From contig CAVUVW010000017.1 of assembly GCA_963745035.1 (NCBI GenBank), forward strand, positions 288,001 to 352,000: 64,000 nt of DNA, given 5' to 3'. The notes under the pieces are model-generated. The model was not told the DNA's origin, searched no databases, and saw only the letters and a list, made by a program, of their open reading frames with translations. The stretch's first letter is position 1. Every line of letters starts with the position of its first letter. Position numbers and translations under genes: made by a program. Below are positions 1 to 10,433 of this stretch, piece after piece. This stretch comes from an uncultured delta proteobacterium. Lineage in GTDB: Bacteria > Desulfobacterota > Binatia > UBA9968.

Positions 1-923
1 TGGCGCTTCAGTTTCGGCAAACCGAGATGGCGTTCCGCCCAAAAGCGATTGATCGAATATTCGTGGTCGATCTGTTCGTAAAAGTACGGCAGCCAGCCGA
101 CGTTGTTCTCCGCCCAGTAGATTTGCAGCTTCGGAAATCGATCGAAAACTCCCGAGACCACCAATTGACTCGCTTCGACGGAGCCCGAGTGGTGCGGTCC
201 CTGGCGCGCGAAGCGCTGCACGAAATCCGTCGGCGGCCGCGCTTCGCCCGTCGGCTCCTTGGGATATTTGAAAAGCCGGGTCTCGCGCGAGCCGACTTTG
301 GTTGGAAACGAAGTGTGCACGATGATCGGCATTTCCAAGTCCAGCGCCGTCGCCCAAAAACGATCGTCCTCGGCTGACGGAAAACTCTGTCCGCTTGGGA
401 ACGTGCTCAGCCAGACCGCCTTCAGGCCCATGCGCTTGCAGCGCTCCATTTCGGCAACATCTTCCTCCGCACCGATGTTGGGCAGAACGGCGACGCCGAT
501 CAGACGGTCGCGATCGACGGCGCAATACTCCTCCGCGAAATAATCGTTGAATCCTTGAATGACGGCGATGAACGCCGCCTTGTCGCGGATCGCGGGGTTG
601 CGCACGTCGAGCGCGAACAAAACTTCGGCGTCGATGTCGTCCTGGTCCTGCTCGCGGAGTCTCTGCTCGGCTGAACCGCATCCCGGTGTCGTGTCAAAAT
701 CGAAAACCGTCGGGTCAAAACTTTCCGGCGGCCTGCCGGCGTAAAGACTGGTGCCGCCGTAAACCAACGGTCGACCTTCCATGAGTAGAGCGTCGTGGCC
801 GTTCGCCAGTTTGATGCGCCGCGGCGCGCGGTCACGATACTGCTTCGGCACGCGGTGCGTCCACTGCTCGGGCGGCGATTCGAAATGACTGTCGGCGGAA
901 ATGTAGCGATAATTCCTCGCCAT
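1..923 (-). CDS. Amidohydrolase_2 family metal-dependent hydrolase (3' end runs off the window)
   Basis: Read by hand; absent from the ORF track because it has no stop inside the window. ATG at 923 after AAGGAG. MARNYRYISADSHFESPP...GFNDYFAEEYC...PIIVHTSF...SGVFDRFPKLQIYWAENNVGWLP, the typical amidohydrolase_2 motifs. Confidence 0.9.
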   Translation of the reverse strand, partial: MARNYRYISADSHFESPPEQWTHRVPKQYRDRAPRRIKLANGHDALLMEGRPLVYGGTSLYAGRPPESFDPTVFDFDTTPGCGSAEQRLREQDQDDIDAEVLFALDVRNPAIRDKAAFIAVIQGFNDYFAEEYCAVDRDRLIGVAVLPNIGAEEDVAEMERCKRMGLKAVWLSTFPSGQSFPSAEDDRFWATALDLEMPIIVHTSFPTKVGSRETRLFKYPKEPTGEARPPTDFVQRFARQGPHHSGSVEASQLVVSGVFDRFPKLQIYWAENNVGWLPYFYEQIDHEYSINRFWAERHLGLPKLKR

Positions 924-976
924 CGATGCTCCTTGCTCTTAAGGCCAAGCTGACGGTGCCGACCTCGCTCTGCCAG

Positions 977-2113
977 CTAAACTTTGCCTTCTCGTTCTCT
1001 ATTTACGCGCGCCATGAATTTCGGTGAAAATTCGCTCAGGCGCTCGTCGGTCATGCGTCCGCTGCGCATCATGTAGTCGTAAGCGAGCTCCCACGGCTGC
1101 AACCGCATCTTTTCGGGTAGACGCTCGTACCAGAACGAGCTGGCGTTGGCGGCGGCGACAATTTTTTCCACGATCGGCCGGCGCTCACTTTCGAACGCTG
1201 CAAGTGCGCCTGGCACATCGGCGCCCGTTTCGCCGAAAGCGCGGTCGAGCGCGATAGCGTCTTCGAAGGCAAGGCGGGTGCCTGAGCCGATGGAAAAATG
1301 CACCGTGCGCAGCGCATCGCCGAGCAAAACGGCATGATCGACGTGCCAGCGGCGCGTCGTGACGAGCGGAAACTGGCGCCATATCGATTTGTTCGACAGC
1401 AGCGAATGACCGTTCAAATCCGGCGCAAATACGCGCTCGCAGTACCGTTGGCTTTCTTCATCGCCCATGCGGTCGAGGCCTGCGCGCCGCCAGGTCCCTT
1501 CATCGCATTCGACGACGAAGGTGCTCATGGTTGGGCTGTGGCGGTAATGGTGCGCGACGAACGAGCCATGCTCGTTGGCTCGGAAGGTCAAGCTCAGACA
1601 CTCGAAAATTTGTCGGGTGCCGTACCAGGCGAAACGATTGGTCAGCCATTGGAGCTCCGGCGCGAAATCTTGCTCGAATGCCCGCCGCACGAAGGAATTG
1701 GCGCCGTCGGCGCCTACTAGAAGATCACAGTCTCTCACCTCATCGAGCGTCGAGATCAGCCGCTGATATTCGACTTGTACTCCGCCTTTGGCGCAGAGCT
1801 CCTGAAGGAATTGGTTGAGCTCGAGGCGGCCGATGGCGGAGAATCCGTTGCCGTCGATATCGACGCGCTCGTCGCGGTGCACGATACGCTGCATCGGCCA
1901 CGACTCCAGGCGCGAGATAAGTTGTTCGTGTAAATCCGGCACATCGCGCTCGAGAAATGCGAGCGCGTTCAGCGAAAACACCACACCGAAACCGAAGGTG
2001 GCGTCCGGTGGGTTCTGCTCAAACACGTTGACGCGCCACTCCGCAAAGCGCCGCTTGATCAGCAGGGCGAAGAGTAAACCAGCCGGACCGGCACCAATGA
2101 CGTTGATTTTCAC
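977..2113 (-). CDS. FAD-dependent monooxygenase, resembling the N-terminal domain of salicylyl-CoA 5-hydroxylase / anthraniloyl-CoA monooxygenase
   Basis: GAGPAG Rossmann motif, TFGFGVVFS, LLVGADGANS and LLGDALRTVHFSIGSGTRLAFEDA. Confidence 0.85.
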   Translation of the reverse strand: MKINVIGAGPAGLLFALLIKRRFAEWRVNVFEQNPPDATFGFGVVFSLNALAFLERDVPDLHEQLISRLESWPMQRIVHRDERVDIDGNGFSAIGRLELNQFLQELCAKGGVQVEYQRLISTLDEVRDCDLLVGADGANSFVRRAFEQDFAPELQWLTNRFAWYGTRQIFECLSLTFRANEHGSFVAHHYRHSPTMSTFVVECDEGTWRRAGLDRMGDEESQRYCERVFAPDLNGHSLLSNKSIWRQFPLVTTRRWHVDHAVLLGDALRTVHFSIGSGTRLAFEDAIALDRAFGETGADVPGALAAFESERRPIVEKIVAAANASSFWYERLPEKMRLQPWELAYDYMMRSGRMTDERLSEFSPKFMARVNREREGKV

Positions 2114-2125
2114 AAAGGCAAAATC

Positions 2126-2201
2126 GGAGTGGTGGAGTGAGGGAGTATTGGAGTGCTGGGTCAGGAAACATTACTCCATTACTCCACCACTCCAGTACTC
2201 C
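2126..2201. repeat. Palindromic element of 4+4 tandem octamers (GGAGTNNT ... ANNACTCC)
   Basis: GGAGTGGT GGAGTGAG GGAGTATT GGAGTGCT, a spacer, then TTACTCC ATTACTCC ACCACTCC AGTACTCC. A second copy lies at 4318-4392. Confidence 0.9.
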
Positions 2202-2207
2202 AGTCTT

Positions 2208-3210
2208 TCACTTTCCGTTGCCGTAAAGCTTCTTCACAAAGCCGCTCGCCTCGATCTCCTTTAATAAGCGCGGGTCGACGAATTCCTTCGGGTCGGCGCT
2301 TTTGACGCGCGGATTGGTTTCGCTCACCTGCGTGATGCCGAGCTTCATGTCTTCGACTGTCGGATAAGGAATCCTTTCGAATGCATCCGCATAGACGCGC
2401 TGGGTTTCCTCGAGCATCGCCCGGTCCGTCGTCTTAGTGTATTTTCCGATAACCTTCATCGTGAACGCGGGATCCGTTTTGAATCGATGCACCGCTTCGA
2501 TGTGGGCTTCGAGGAATTTACGAATGGCGGACTCTTGCGTGCGCAGCAATTTTTGCGTCACGATGACGGAAGAAAGGGGATACCGATATCCCGCTTTATT
2601 GTAATCGACCAGCACGCGGAAACCCGCGGCCTGAGCGTGCAGCACGGCGGGAAAGCCGAACGTGCCGCCTTCGATTTGACCGGCCTTGAGCCCAGCCACC
2701 GTTTCCGGCAGCCCGCCCATCTGCCGGATCATCACATCCTTATCCGGCACGAGCCCGTTTTGGCGCAGGAATATTCGCGTGAAAAAATCCGTGACCGTTC
2801 CGACGCGCGTAACCCCGATGCTCTTGCCGCGCATGTCCTCGACCCGCTGGATTTGCGGCTGCGCCACCGTAAAGACGATCACGCGGTTGACCGGAATCGC
2901 GACGTAAACGGTATCCGCTCCGGCGAGCCTCGCATCCACGCCGGCCGGGCCGCCGATCGCTGCCACATCGATGCTGCCACCGACTAATGTCTGAACCGCG
3001 CGCGATCCCGCCGCGATATAGACAAGCTCGACGTCGAGGCCGTGCTTTTGAAAAATTCCCGCTTCTTTGGCGATCCAAGGAATTGAAAACGCCGCCGTCA
3101 CAGCCGCGTAAGCGACGCGGAGTTTTTGCGGCGCTTCGCCGGCGTCTGACGATACCGGGATGTGAACACAGAACGAGAAGAAATGTTTAACTGGCCCGGA
3201 AACATTGCAC
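2208..3210 (-). CDS. SsuA/NMT1(THI5)-like ABC-type substrate-binding protein (signal peptide region frameshifted)
   Basis: ORF 2208..3101 extends upstream as ...APQKLRVAYAAVTAAFSIPWIAKEAGIFQKHGLDVEL. A likely GTG start lies near 3210 after AAGGAAAGAGG; the start is approximate. Confidence 0.85.
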
Positions 3211-3310
3211 GTCGATATCCTCTTTCCTTAACACCGAGCATCAAAGCGGCGAAATCATCTTCGATTCCTCCCACGAACATCGACTTGATCATCCGAACTT
3301 GCGAAACGGC

Positions 3311-4297
3311 TCACACATGATCGACGTCGCCCCCGTCTTCCGGATCCGTATCGATGAATAACTCGTCAATGGACATCGCTTTCTTTGTCAAACCCTGTTG
3401 ATGGCAGTAGCGAATAGCTGTTTCGAGATTCTTTCGATTTGCCTCACTGAGACCGTATGCCCACGGGTCGGGCCCGAGAATCTTTCGCTCCTCCTCATAT
3501 TCCGTTCTGACCCATGCGAGCGGCGTGATTCTCGGATTGGCGAGCCGCTTGTAGGCGATGTTCTTCGCTTTCTCGAAGGCCTTCACCAGACTGACCGCCG
3601 CCCACGGATACTTATCGGCGATCTCCTGTTTCATCACCGTCACGTGCATGATCGGGAAGATGCCGGTCTGTTGAAAATATTCGCGCTCGACTGATTTGTA
3701 GTCGGAAAATAGCCGCGCAACCCGCTTATCGCCGTGAACTATCGGCTCGGGAATGTAGGGGTTGATCATCGCTGGGATCTCGCCCTCGGCAAGCATCGTA
3801 TCCATCGACTTGCCGGCGGGAATCATCTCGATCTTCAACCCCGGTGGGGGCGTGAACGGCACGTCTTCGCTGCGATCCACGACCCAAGTGATCTCTTTGT
3901 GCGGCACGCCGTAATGCTCTTCGAAAATGCCGCGCAGCCAGATATTCCCTGCGGGCTGAAAGTTGGTGCCGCCAACGCGCTTGCCGATCAGATCCTTCGG
4001 CGTCTTGATGCCGGCGCTGACGTTCACGAACGCGAAGCCATGGCGAAAACGACGGTGCAAAAATACCGGGATCGCCGCCAGCGGATCGCCGTGATCGCGC
4101 GACATCAAATATCCGCCGATGTTGAACTCACAGACGTCGAATTCCTGATTGCGCGCCATGCGCCAATGACGCTCGCGCGGCCCGTGGCCGGTCAAAACGA
4201 CGAGTTCCAGGCCGTCCGCCTCGACCGAGCCTTCCTTCAGCGCGCGAATGATTTCGTAATCACCCACGGCAACGGATAAACGAATCTTCGTAGCCAT
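3311..4297 (-). CDS. 4,5-dihydroxyphthalate decarboxylase-like protein (PBP2 fold)
   Basis: LSVAVGDYE, EFDVCEF, AIPVFLHRRFRHG, YFQQTGIFPIMH and DPWAYGL...NRKNLE...QQGL are characteristic of this family. No signal peptide. Confidence 0.8.
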   Translation of the reverse strand: MATKIRLSVAVGDYEIIRALKEGSVEADGLELVVLTGHGPRERHWRMARNQEFDVCEFNIGGYLMSRDHGDPLAAIPVFLHRRFRHGFAFVNVSAGIKTPKDLIGKRVGGTNFQPAGNIWLRGIFEEHYGVPHKEITWVVDRSEDVPFTPPPGLKIEMIPAGKSMDTMLAEGEIPAMINPYIPEPIVHGDKRVARLFSDYKSVEREYFQQTGIFPIMHVTVMKQEIADKYPWAAVSLVKAFEKAKNIAYKRLANPRITPLAWVRTEYEEERKILGPDPWAYGLSEANRKNLETAIRYCHQQGLTKKAMSIDELFIDTDPEDGGDVDHV

Positions 4298-4317
4298 GCC
4301 GCTCTCCCGTTATGAAT

Positions 4318-4392
4318 GGAGTGATGGAGTATTGGAGTACTGGAGTATTGTTTCCGACCCATCACTCCAACACTCCAATACTCCATCACTCC
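4318..4392. repeat. Palindromic octamer-tandem element (second copy)
   Basis: GGAGTGAT GGAGTATT GGAGTACT GGAGTATT ... ATCACTCC AACACTCC AATACTCC ATCACTCC. Confidence 0.9.
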
Positions 4393-4397
4393 ACTCT

Positions 4398-5391
4398 TCA
4401 GTTTCCATACAGTTTCTGCACGAAGCCTTCTTTTTCGATCTCGTCGATCAAACTCATGTCGACAAAGTCGGCGGGATTTTTCTGGCCGGCTTCGATCGAG
4501 GTGGAGAATATTTTTGATGCCTTCCAGCTCCGTACGAGGCGATCGAGCCAAGCGCTTGGCGAAAAACTCGTGAGTCCCCTCGACGGCTTCGCTGTCCGTG
4601 ATCTGCAGGTGTTTCCTGAGAATCTTGAGACTGCCTTCTTTGTTGGTCTTGACGTAATGCATACCTTCGATCTGCCCCTTGATGAAACCTTTGATGGCGG
4701 CGCGATTTTGCTTGAGGTAGGAGCGCGTCACGATGTTCGAAGTATTGGTGTAAAAGCCGAAGTCGCCGATATCGGCCAGCACGTTCATGCCCATTTTGCG
4801 CGCCTGATAGATTTCCGGGTAAGACTGTACGGTCGCATCGACTTTTTTCGTCATCAGCGCCGCCATGCGCGCCGAGGTTCCACCCGTCTGAAGCATCTTG
4901 ATATCGCTCGGTTGCATCTTCCACGCCTTCACCGCCATCAGAATGGCCGCGTCGTTGGAGCCGCCGAAGCGGTTGATGCCGATGACCTTGCCGCGCAGTT
5001 GCTGTGGTTCTTTGATTTCGGGACGGGAGATGAGCAGCATCGGCAGCTTGTTTTCCAGGGTCGCGACGATCACCACCGGCGCGCCCTGGTTTGCGCCGAT
5101 CACTGCCGAAGAGGCCGCCGTCTGGGTCAACTGCAAGCTGCCGCCGAGCAGAGCTTGGATATTCGGCGAGCCCGCTTGGATCAGAATAATTTCCAGATCG
5201 ACGCCGTATTTCTTGCTGAAGCCCAACTCCTTGTTCACCCAAAGCGGCAACTGATAACCGGCGGTGCCGCCGTAGCTGACGCGAAACGGGTAGGCTCGGC
5301 CGTCCAACGCCGGCGTCGCCGATCCGATGAAGACTATCAAAGCGGCAAATAAAGCCGGCCAAGTTCGCTTCGATCGCTCAAGAACGCTCAT
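4398..5391 (-). CDS. SsuA/NMT1-like substrate-binding protein (frameshift near 4500)
   Basis: Signal peptide, LPLWVNKELGFSKKYGVDLE and LRGKVIGINRFGG. The true C-terminus (DFVDMSLIDEIEKEGFVQKLYGN*) is in another frame and ends at 4398. Confidence 0.85.
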
Positions 5392-5415
5392 AGCTCCTCC
5401 TCCAGGAGAATCAGA

Positions 5416-6355
5416 CTAGCCCGAATTCTCGCAGGCAAAACGCGGAAAGAGCTTCGCCGCGTTGCATTCCTCCACAGCCGCTCGGGCTGAAGTATCAAAA
5501 CCGTCGTAATGTTCCCAATGATCGACTTCTTCGCGCAATCGATCGCCGTAGACAAACGGCAAGTCGGATCCCCAGAGGATATGCGACGGATCGGCGAGTT
5601 CCTGCAAAGAACGAAGCGCAAACGCCGAAGTCGTACTGGCGATCTCGTAGTATAGCGAGCGCAGGGTCGGAATCACGTTGGTCACGCCTTTGGCGCCGCG
5701 ATGCCCTTCCATCATCGCGATCCTTTGCGCGAGAAAAGGTACGGCGCCTCCGCCGTGAGCGACGATAAGACGAATATTGGGGCAGCGTTTAAGCGATGCC
5801 GGAATAGATGAGGTTGACGATAGCTCGCGTGGTGTCGAAGACGTACTCGACGACGAAAGGCGGCGCATGCAAGCGCGTGTGCTCCGGCGCTTCGCAGTGG
5901 GTTGGATGAATGAACACCACCGCATTTCGGCGGTTGAGCTCATCGAAAACCGGATCGAAACGCGGATCGCCCAGATAATGGTCGTTGACGCTCGAAAAAA
6001 GCCCGATGCCGTCGAGACGCAGAACGTCGAGCGCATAAGAAATTTCCGCGAGCGCGCCATCGACATCGGGCAAGGGTAGAAGGGCGAAAGAGCCGAAGCG
6101 CGTGCGATGGTCATGAAGCCGTTGCGCCTGAAATTCGTTGCACGCCCGCGCGACTTCACGCAGGCGCTGCATGTTTTTCAAGAGCACGCGCGGGGTGAGC
6201 GAAGTGATCGCGGCGCGAATATGCCAGTCATCCATCGAGCGGAGCTGCTCTTCGACGTCCGGTGGCCTGATCGGCATAGCATCGTCGGCAAACTCCGGCG
6301 GCACCACATGGTGGTGCACGTCGATGCGCCAGTTGCCCGTTCGCGCTGAATTCAT
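5416..6355 (-). CDS. Amidohydrolase_2 family (ACMSD / aromatic-acid decarboxylase-like), frameshift near 5795
   Basis: RIDVHHHVVP, RACNEFQA, VVFIHPT, VFDTTRAIVNL in ORF 5789..6502 joined to PNIRLIVAHGGG...ILWGSDLPF in ORF 5416..6159. Confidence 0.85.
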
Positions 6356-6561
6356 TCGAACTTTCCGTCCGCGCGGCCAAGCTATTGGAAAGCCGCCACG
6401 GCTGTCAATATGCCCATCAGAATGGAGCGCGATATTCGACGCCGATGGTATGGACATCTTTCCTGGCTTGAGGTATTCGGGGCGAGGCGTCGTACTCACC
6501 AACCAGCGATGGCCTGAAGGGCGTTCAACCGGCGCACCACAGGCACAGAAGGAGGCACGCG

Positions 6562-7572
6562 ATGGCGGCTTTTCCGAAGCTCGGTGTGTTGATCGGCACT
6601 CTCCTCGCTCTGTCGAGCGGTTTCAACAGGGAAGGCGCGGCGCAAACGTCCACGCTCACTGCCTTCTATACTGCGCCGGTGGTTTCGATGGCGCCCATGT
6701 GGATCGCCAAAGAAGCCGGCTTCTTCAAGAAACAAGGCTTGGATTTGAAGTTGGTCTTCATCGCCTCGGGTCCGCTGGGCACGACTTCGATCCTGTCAGG
6801 CGATGTCGATGTCGGAGTGATCGGCGGTTTTGCGCCGATCCGAGCGATTGCCGGAGGCGCGAAGAACCTGGTCATGATCGGGCAAACCAAAAACCGCATG
6901 ACCGGCGCCATTGTCGGCAAGAAAGAACTCTCCAATGTCGAGGACCTCAAAGGAAAACGTCTGGGCATCGATCGCGTCGGTTCCAATCCAGACATGTTTA
7001 CCCAGGCTGCCCTGGCGCGATTCAACATGGATCCGCTGAAGGATCTCAACTACATTCAGCTCGGCAGCATCGGCCAGGGCATTCCCGCGCTCAAAGCCGG
7101 GACCATCGATGCCCTGACCACCGGCGCGCCGCACGATCTTTTCGCCCAACGTTTGGGTTTCAAGGTCATCTTGGACATCACCGCGCTGAAAATTCCTTTC
7201 GCGGCGACCGTTCTTTTGTCCGCGCGCAACACCGTGGAACGCAAACAAGCCGATCTTGCGAAATTCATGCGCGCGTATGCCGAAGGGATGCATTACTTTC
7301 TCACTAACCCGGAAGGGACGAATCAAATCGTCGCCAAGTACACCAAGGTTGAAGACCGCGAAGTGAACGCCTATGCGATCGACTCCGAGTCCAGGGCGGT
7401 AGAGCGAACCTTGCAAGTGGATCCCAAGGGCATCGAGCTCATTCTGAATCTGATCAGCAAGGCCGTGCCTCAGGCGGCATCGGCCAAAGCACAAGACTTT
7501 TACGATCCGCGCTTCTTTACCGACTTGCGCGACAGCGGCTTTCTCAAGCGCCTGTGGGGAGAAAAGTTATGA
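6562..7572 (+). CDS. SsuA/NMT1-like substrate-binding protein
   Basis: GGAGG RBS, signal peptide, PMWIAKEAGFFKKQGLDLKLV and DLKGKRLGI. Confidence 0.9.
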   Translation: MAAFPKLGVLIGTLLALSSGFNREGAAQTSTLTAFYTAPVVSMAPMWIAKEAGFFKKQGLDLKLVFIASGPLGTTSILSGDVDVGVIGGFAPIRAIAGGAKNLVMIGQTKNRMTGAIVGKKELSNVEDLKGKRLGIDRVGSNPDMFTQAALARFNMDPLKDLNYIQLGSIGQGIPALKAGTIDALTTGAPHDLFAQRLGFKVILDITALKIPFAATVLLSARNTVERKQADLAKFMRAYAEGMHYFLTNPEGTNQIVAKYTKVEDREVNAYAIDSESRAVERTLQVDPKGIELILNLISKAVPQAASAKAQDFYDPRFFTDLRDSGFLKRLWGEKL

Positions 7573-7662
7573 GAGACGGCACCGAGGAGTCGTTCTCGAT
7601 CGCAACGCGGCTTGGAAACTCGGCTATAGAAACACCGTCACCATCCATCGGAAGGATTCCTT

Positions 7663-8715
7663 ATGTTCAAGAAAGGTAGCTGCGGCGCGTTTATCGCCGT
7701 CGCTTTTCTGCATTGCTTAGCCTTTGGCTTTTCCTTCGCCCAGGAGCCTTACTTCAAAGGCAAGACGATTAGAATCATCGCCGGGTTTCCCGGCGGCGGC
7801 GGTGTGGACGCCGAGTCTCGGATGCTCGCGCGCTTCTTACCGGCGCATATTCCGGGGAACCCGGCGATCATTGTGCAAAACATGCCCGGCGCCGGCGGCA
7901 CCGTTGCGAGCAACTGGTTCGAACAATTCGCCAAGCCCGATGGTCTCACCCTTCATTACACCAGCACCACGAGCATCAACCAGCAAGCGATGGGGGTCAA
8001 AGAGGCCAAGCACGATCTCCGCCACTGGCCGGTGGTCGGCAGCGTTCGCCGCGGCACCTCGGTGGCGCTGATCCGGAAACCAAGTCTCAGTCGCCTTACC
8101 GGTTCAGGGGAACCGCTCAAAGTCGGCGTTCGGTCGGGAGACGAGAGTTGGAACGGAATCTTCCTCTGGGGAGCAGAGTTTCTCAAATGGAACGTGCGCT
8201 GGGTTCAGGGCTATCCCGGCGGTGGAGAAATCCAGCTCGCCTTCGAAAGAAACGAAACGGACATCTATCCGACCGCCACCCTGCCCGTGCTGCGCAAGTT
8301 CGTCGGCCAAGGATATCATCCGTTCGTGCAGCAAGGCATGTTGACCGGGGCAGGCTCGTTCCAGCGGCGATCAGAGTATCCGGAAGTTCCCGTGTTCGAG
8401 GACGTGGCGAAAGATCAACGGCTCAGCGGCGTGCCGTGGCAGGCCTATACGATTTGGGCGGGCTCGGACAGCGTCGGTAGGCCCCTGCACGCGGCGCCCA
8501 AAACGCCTGCGGAGATACTGCGCGCATTGCGAGACGCTTTCGCTCAGATGCGAGAAGGCGCGGAGTTCAAGGCCGAAGCGAAAAGAGTGAGCGGCGAGGA
8601 TGTGCAGCTCCTCTTGGGCGACGAAGCGGAACAACTTCTCAAACAGATTTTGGTTGTCTCTCCCGCAATCCAGGATTTCACCAACGGCCTGATGAAGAAG
8701 TACTTGGGCCGGTAA
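7663..8715 (+). CDS. Tripartite tricarboxylate transporter substrate-binding protein (TctC/Bug family)
   Basis: YFKGKTIRIIAGFPGGGGVD...HIPGNPAIIVQNMPGAGG...AKPDGLTL. Confidence 0.85.
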   Translation: MFKKGSCGAFIAVAFLHCLAFGFSFAQEPYFKGKTIRIIAGFPGGGGVDAESRMLARFLPAHIPGNPAIIVQNMPGAGGTVASNWFEQFAKPDGLTLHYTSTTSINQQAMGVKEAKHDLRHWPVVGSVRRGTSVALIRKPSLSRLTGSGEPLKVGVRSGDESWNGIFLWGAEFLKWNVRWVQGYPGGGEIQLAFERNETDIYPTATLPVLRKFVGQGYHPFVQQGMLTGAGSFQRRSEYPEVPVFEDVAKDQRLSGVPWQAYTIWAGSDSVGRPLHAAPKTPAEILRALRDAFAQMREGAEFKAEAKRVSGEDVQLLLGDEAEQLLKQILVVSPAIQDFTNGLMKKYLGR

Positions 8716-8753
8716 AAGCGGTAAGCGTACGCGTCGTGTCGCGGCACAACGCT

Positions 8754-9710
8754 CTAGCGCACAGATTTTTGCACGAAGCTGAAATCGAAAACTTGGCTTG
8801 GCGAAACCTCTTTGGCTGCGCCGGGCAGGCTTTTCTGGGTGAATTCGATGGCGCCTTTCATCCAGCTCTCGTCGGTCGAGCCGTCGACGGACAGGCGGGT
8901 CAAATAGAGGTCGTACAGTTGCTCGATCAGCGCCGGATCTTTGATTCCCAAATACGGCGGCATCATTTTCAGCATCTCGGCGCGATTCTGCCGAGAGAAT
9001 TGCAAAGCTTTGATCGTACCTTTCACGAAAGAGAGTACCTCGCCGGGATTGCTCCTGATCTTTTCGTCGGTAACGCCGATCCCTCCGTTAGGATACGTCG
9101 CCATGTAGTCGCCGGTGTAGGCGATGCGATTGAAGCCCTCGCGCAGCAGCATGAACGGCCGCGGCGGAGTCATTAGGGCGGCGGCAACGCGCCCGGCGCG
9201 CAGCGCGAGCGCCGACTCTTCCTGCCCACCGACGATGATCAATGTGACATCCTTATTCGGAACCAGACCGTTTTTTTGCAGGATCAACTGCGTCATCAGA
9301 TCGTTGGACCCGCCGCGGGAAGAAATGCCGATGATTTTTCCCTTTAGTTCCTGGACCGACTTGATCGCCGGCTGGGACATCAGGTCGAACTGCGGCTTCG
9401 CCGAAGAAATAAACACGAGCTTGACGGGCAGCCCGCGCACTGCAGCCGCGATCGTCGATCCGGACGCCGAAGTATAATCGACCGAGCCGCCTAGGAGCGC
9501 CTGCATGCCGACCGCGCCGCGAATGAGGATCGTTTCGACGTCGAGCCCTTCCTCCCGCCAAAAGCCTTTGAGCTGAGCGACTTTGAACGGCAGCTCGGAG
9601 ATGGAAATCGCGCTGGTGGAAAATCTAACTTTCTTCAATTGTGCCGGCGCGGCAGACACGCCGAAGAGCAAAATGAGAATCACGACAAAAAGGAAAGTCT
9701 TGCTTAGCAT
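8754..9710 (-). CDS. SsuA/NMT1-like substrate-binding protein
   Basis: ATG at 9710 after AGGAG, signal peptide, KGFWREEGLDVE and ELKGKIIGISSRGG. Confidence 0.9.
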   Translation of the reverse strand: MLSKTFLFVVILILLFGVSAAPAQLKKVRFSTSAISISELPFKVAQLKGFWREEGLDVETILIRGAVGMQALLGGSVDYTSASGSTIAAAVRGLPVKLVFISSAKPQFDLMSQPAIKSVQELKGKIIGISSRGGSNDLMTQLILQKNGLVPNKDVTLIIVGGQEESALALRAGRVAAALMTPPRPFMLLREGFNRIAYTGDYMATYPNGGIGVTDEKIRSNPGEVLSFVKGTIKALQFSRQNRAEMLKMMPPYLGIKDPALIEQLYDLYLTRLSVDGSTDESWMKGAIEFTQKSLPGAAKEVSPSQVFDFSFVQKSVR

Positions 9711-9788
9711 ATCGACTCCTTTGAATGGCGAAGGAATGTTTACCACAGAGTGAGATCGCGGCAAACGGCCCCGAAGAAAGAAAAGGAG

Positions 9789-9881
9789 ATTTCACCGCAG
9801 AGACACGGAGTTCGCAGAGTTCGGAGTAAATTACTAGTCAATGACTCTTACTCGGCGCCCTCAGCGCCTCTGTGGTGAAAT
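9789..9881. repeat. REP-like inverted repeat (ATTTCACCGCAGAG ... CTCTGTGGTGAAAT)
   Basis: 14-bp near-perfect terminal inverted repeat with internal ~9-mer GAG/CTC units. Related to the outer element at 22413-22646. Confidence 0.8.
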
Positions 9882-9965
9882 TTCCTAGTCCGGCTTCCCC
9901 ATCGGCTTGACGGGCCGTTCACGTGGCTGTTAGTGTTCGCTCCACTGAGCTGATTTCGAGAGGAG

Positions 9966-10397
9966 ATGCTCATGGCTGACGCGCATATTCTAAGAATCGA
10001 TTCGCTGCCGGTAGTCGATCGCGGCAATGGCATCCGAACGACTCCGCTGGTTACAAAAGAGCTCGGCGCCGAGCACATCACGACCGGAATCACTCGCTTT
10101 CCGGCCGGCGCCAAAGTGCCGATGCATTCTCATAACTGCGCCGAGCAGGTGACAATCCTCGAGGGGGAAGCCGAAGCTGAATTCGACGGCGAGCGCCATC
10201 GTCTGCACGCGTACGACACGACGCTCATCCCAGCGAACAAGCCGCACCGCTTTGTGAATGTCGGTACGACGCCGCTGGCGATTCTATGGATCTATACTTC
10301 TTCGGAAGTGACCCGAACATTTGCCGAAACCGGTGAGACCGTCGCTCACCTTTCCGAGCGCGATCTCGCGACTCCTCTGTCTCCTAAGGAAAGATAA
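9966..10397 (+). CDS. Cupin domain protein
   Basis: GAGGAG RBS; metal-binding motifs PMHSHNCAEQVTILEG and IPANKPHRFVN. Confidence 0.9.
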   Translation: MLMADAHILRIDSLPVVDRGNGIRTTPLVTKELGAEHITTGITRFPAGAKVPMHSHNCAEQVTILEGEAEAEFDGERHRLHAYDTTLIPANKPHRFVNVGTTPLAILWIYTSSEVTRTFAETGETVAHLSERDLATPLSPKER

Positions 10398-10405
10398 AAA
10401 TCCCG

Positions 10406-10422
10406 GGAGCGATTTTCGCTCC
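10406..10422. terminator. Short hairpin between convergent genes (possible terminator)
   Basis: GGAGCG-ATTTT-CGCTCC between the stops of the cupin and the substrate-binding protein. Confidence 0.35.
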
Positions 10423-10433
10423 GCGCCCGCTGG

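Noticed and set aside
3098-3292. 64-aa ORF upstream of the first binding protein
   Set aside because: It overlaps the frameshifted signal-peptide region and RBS of the binding-protein gene, so it is not an independent gene.
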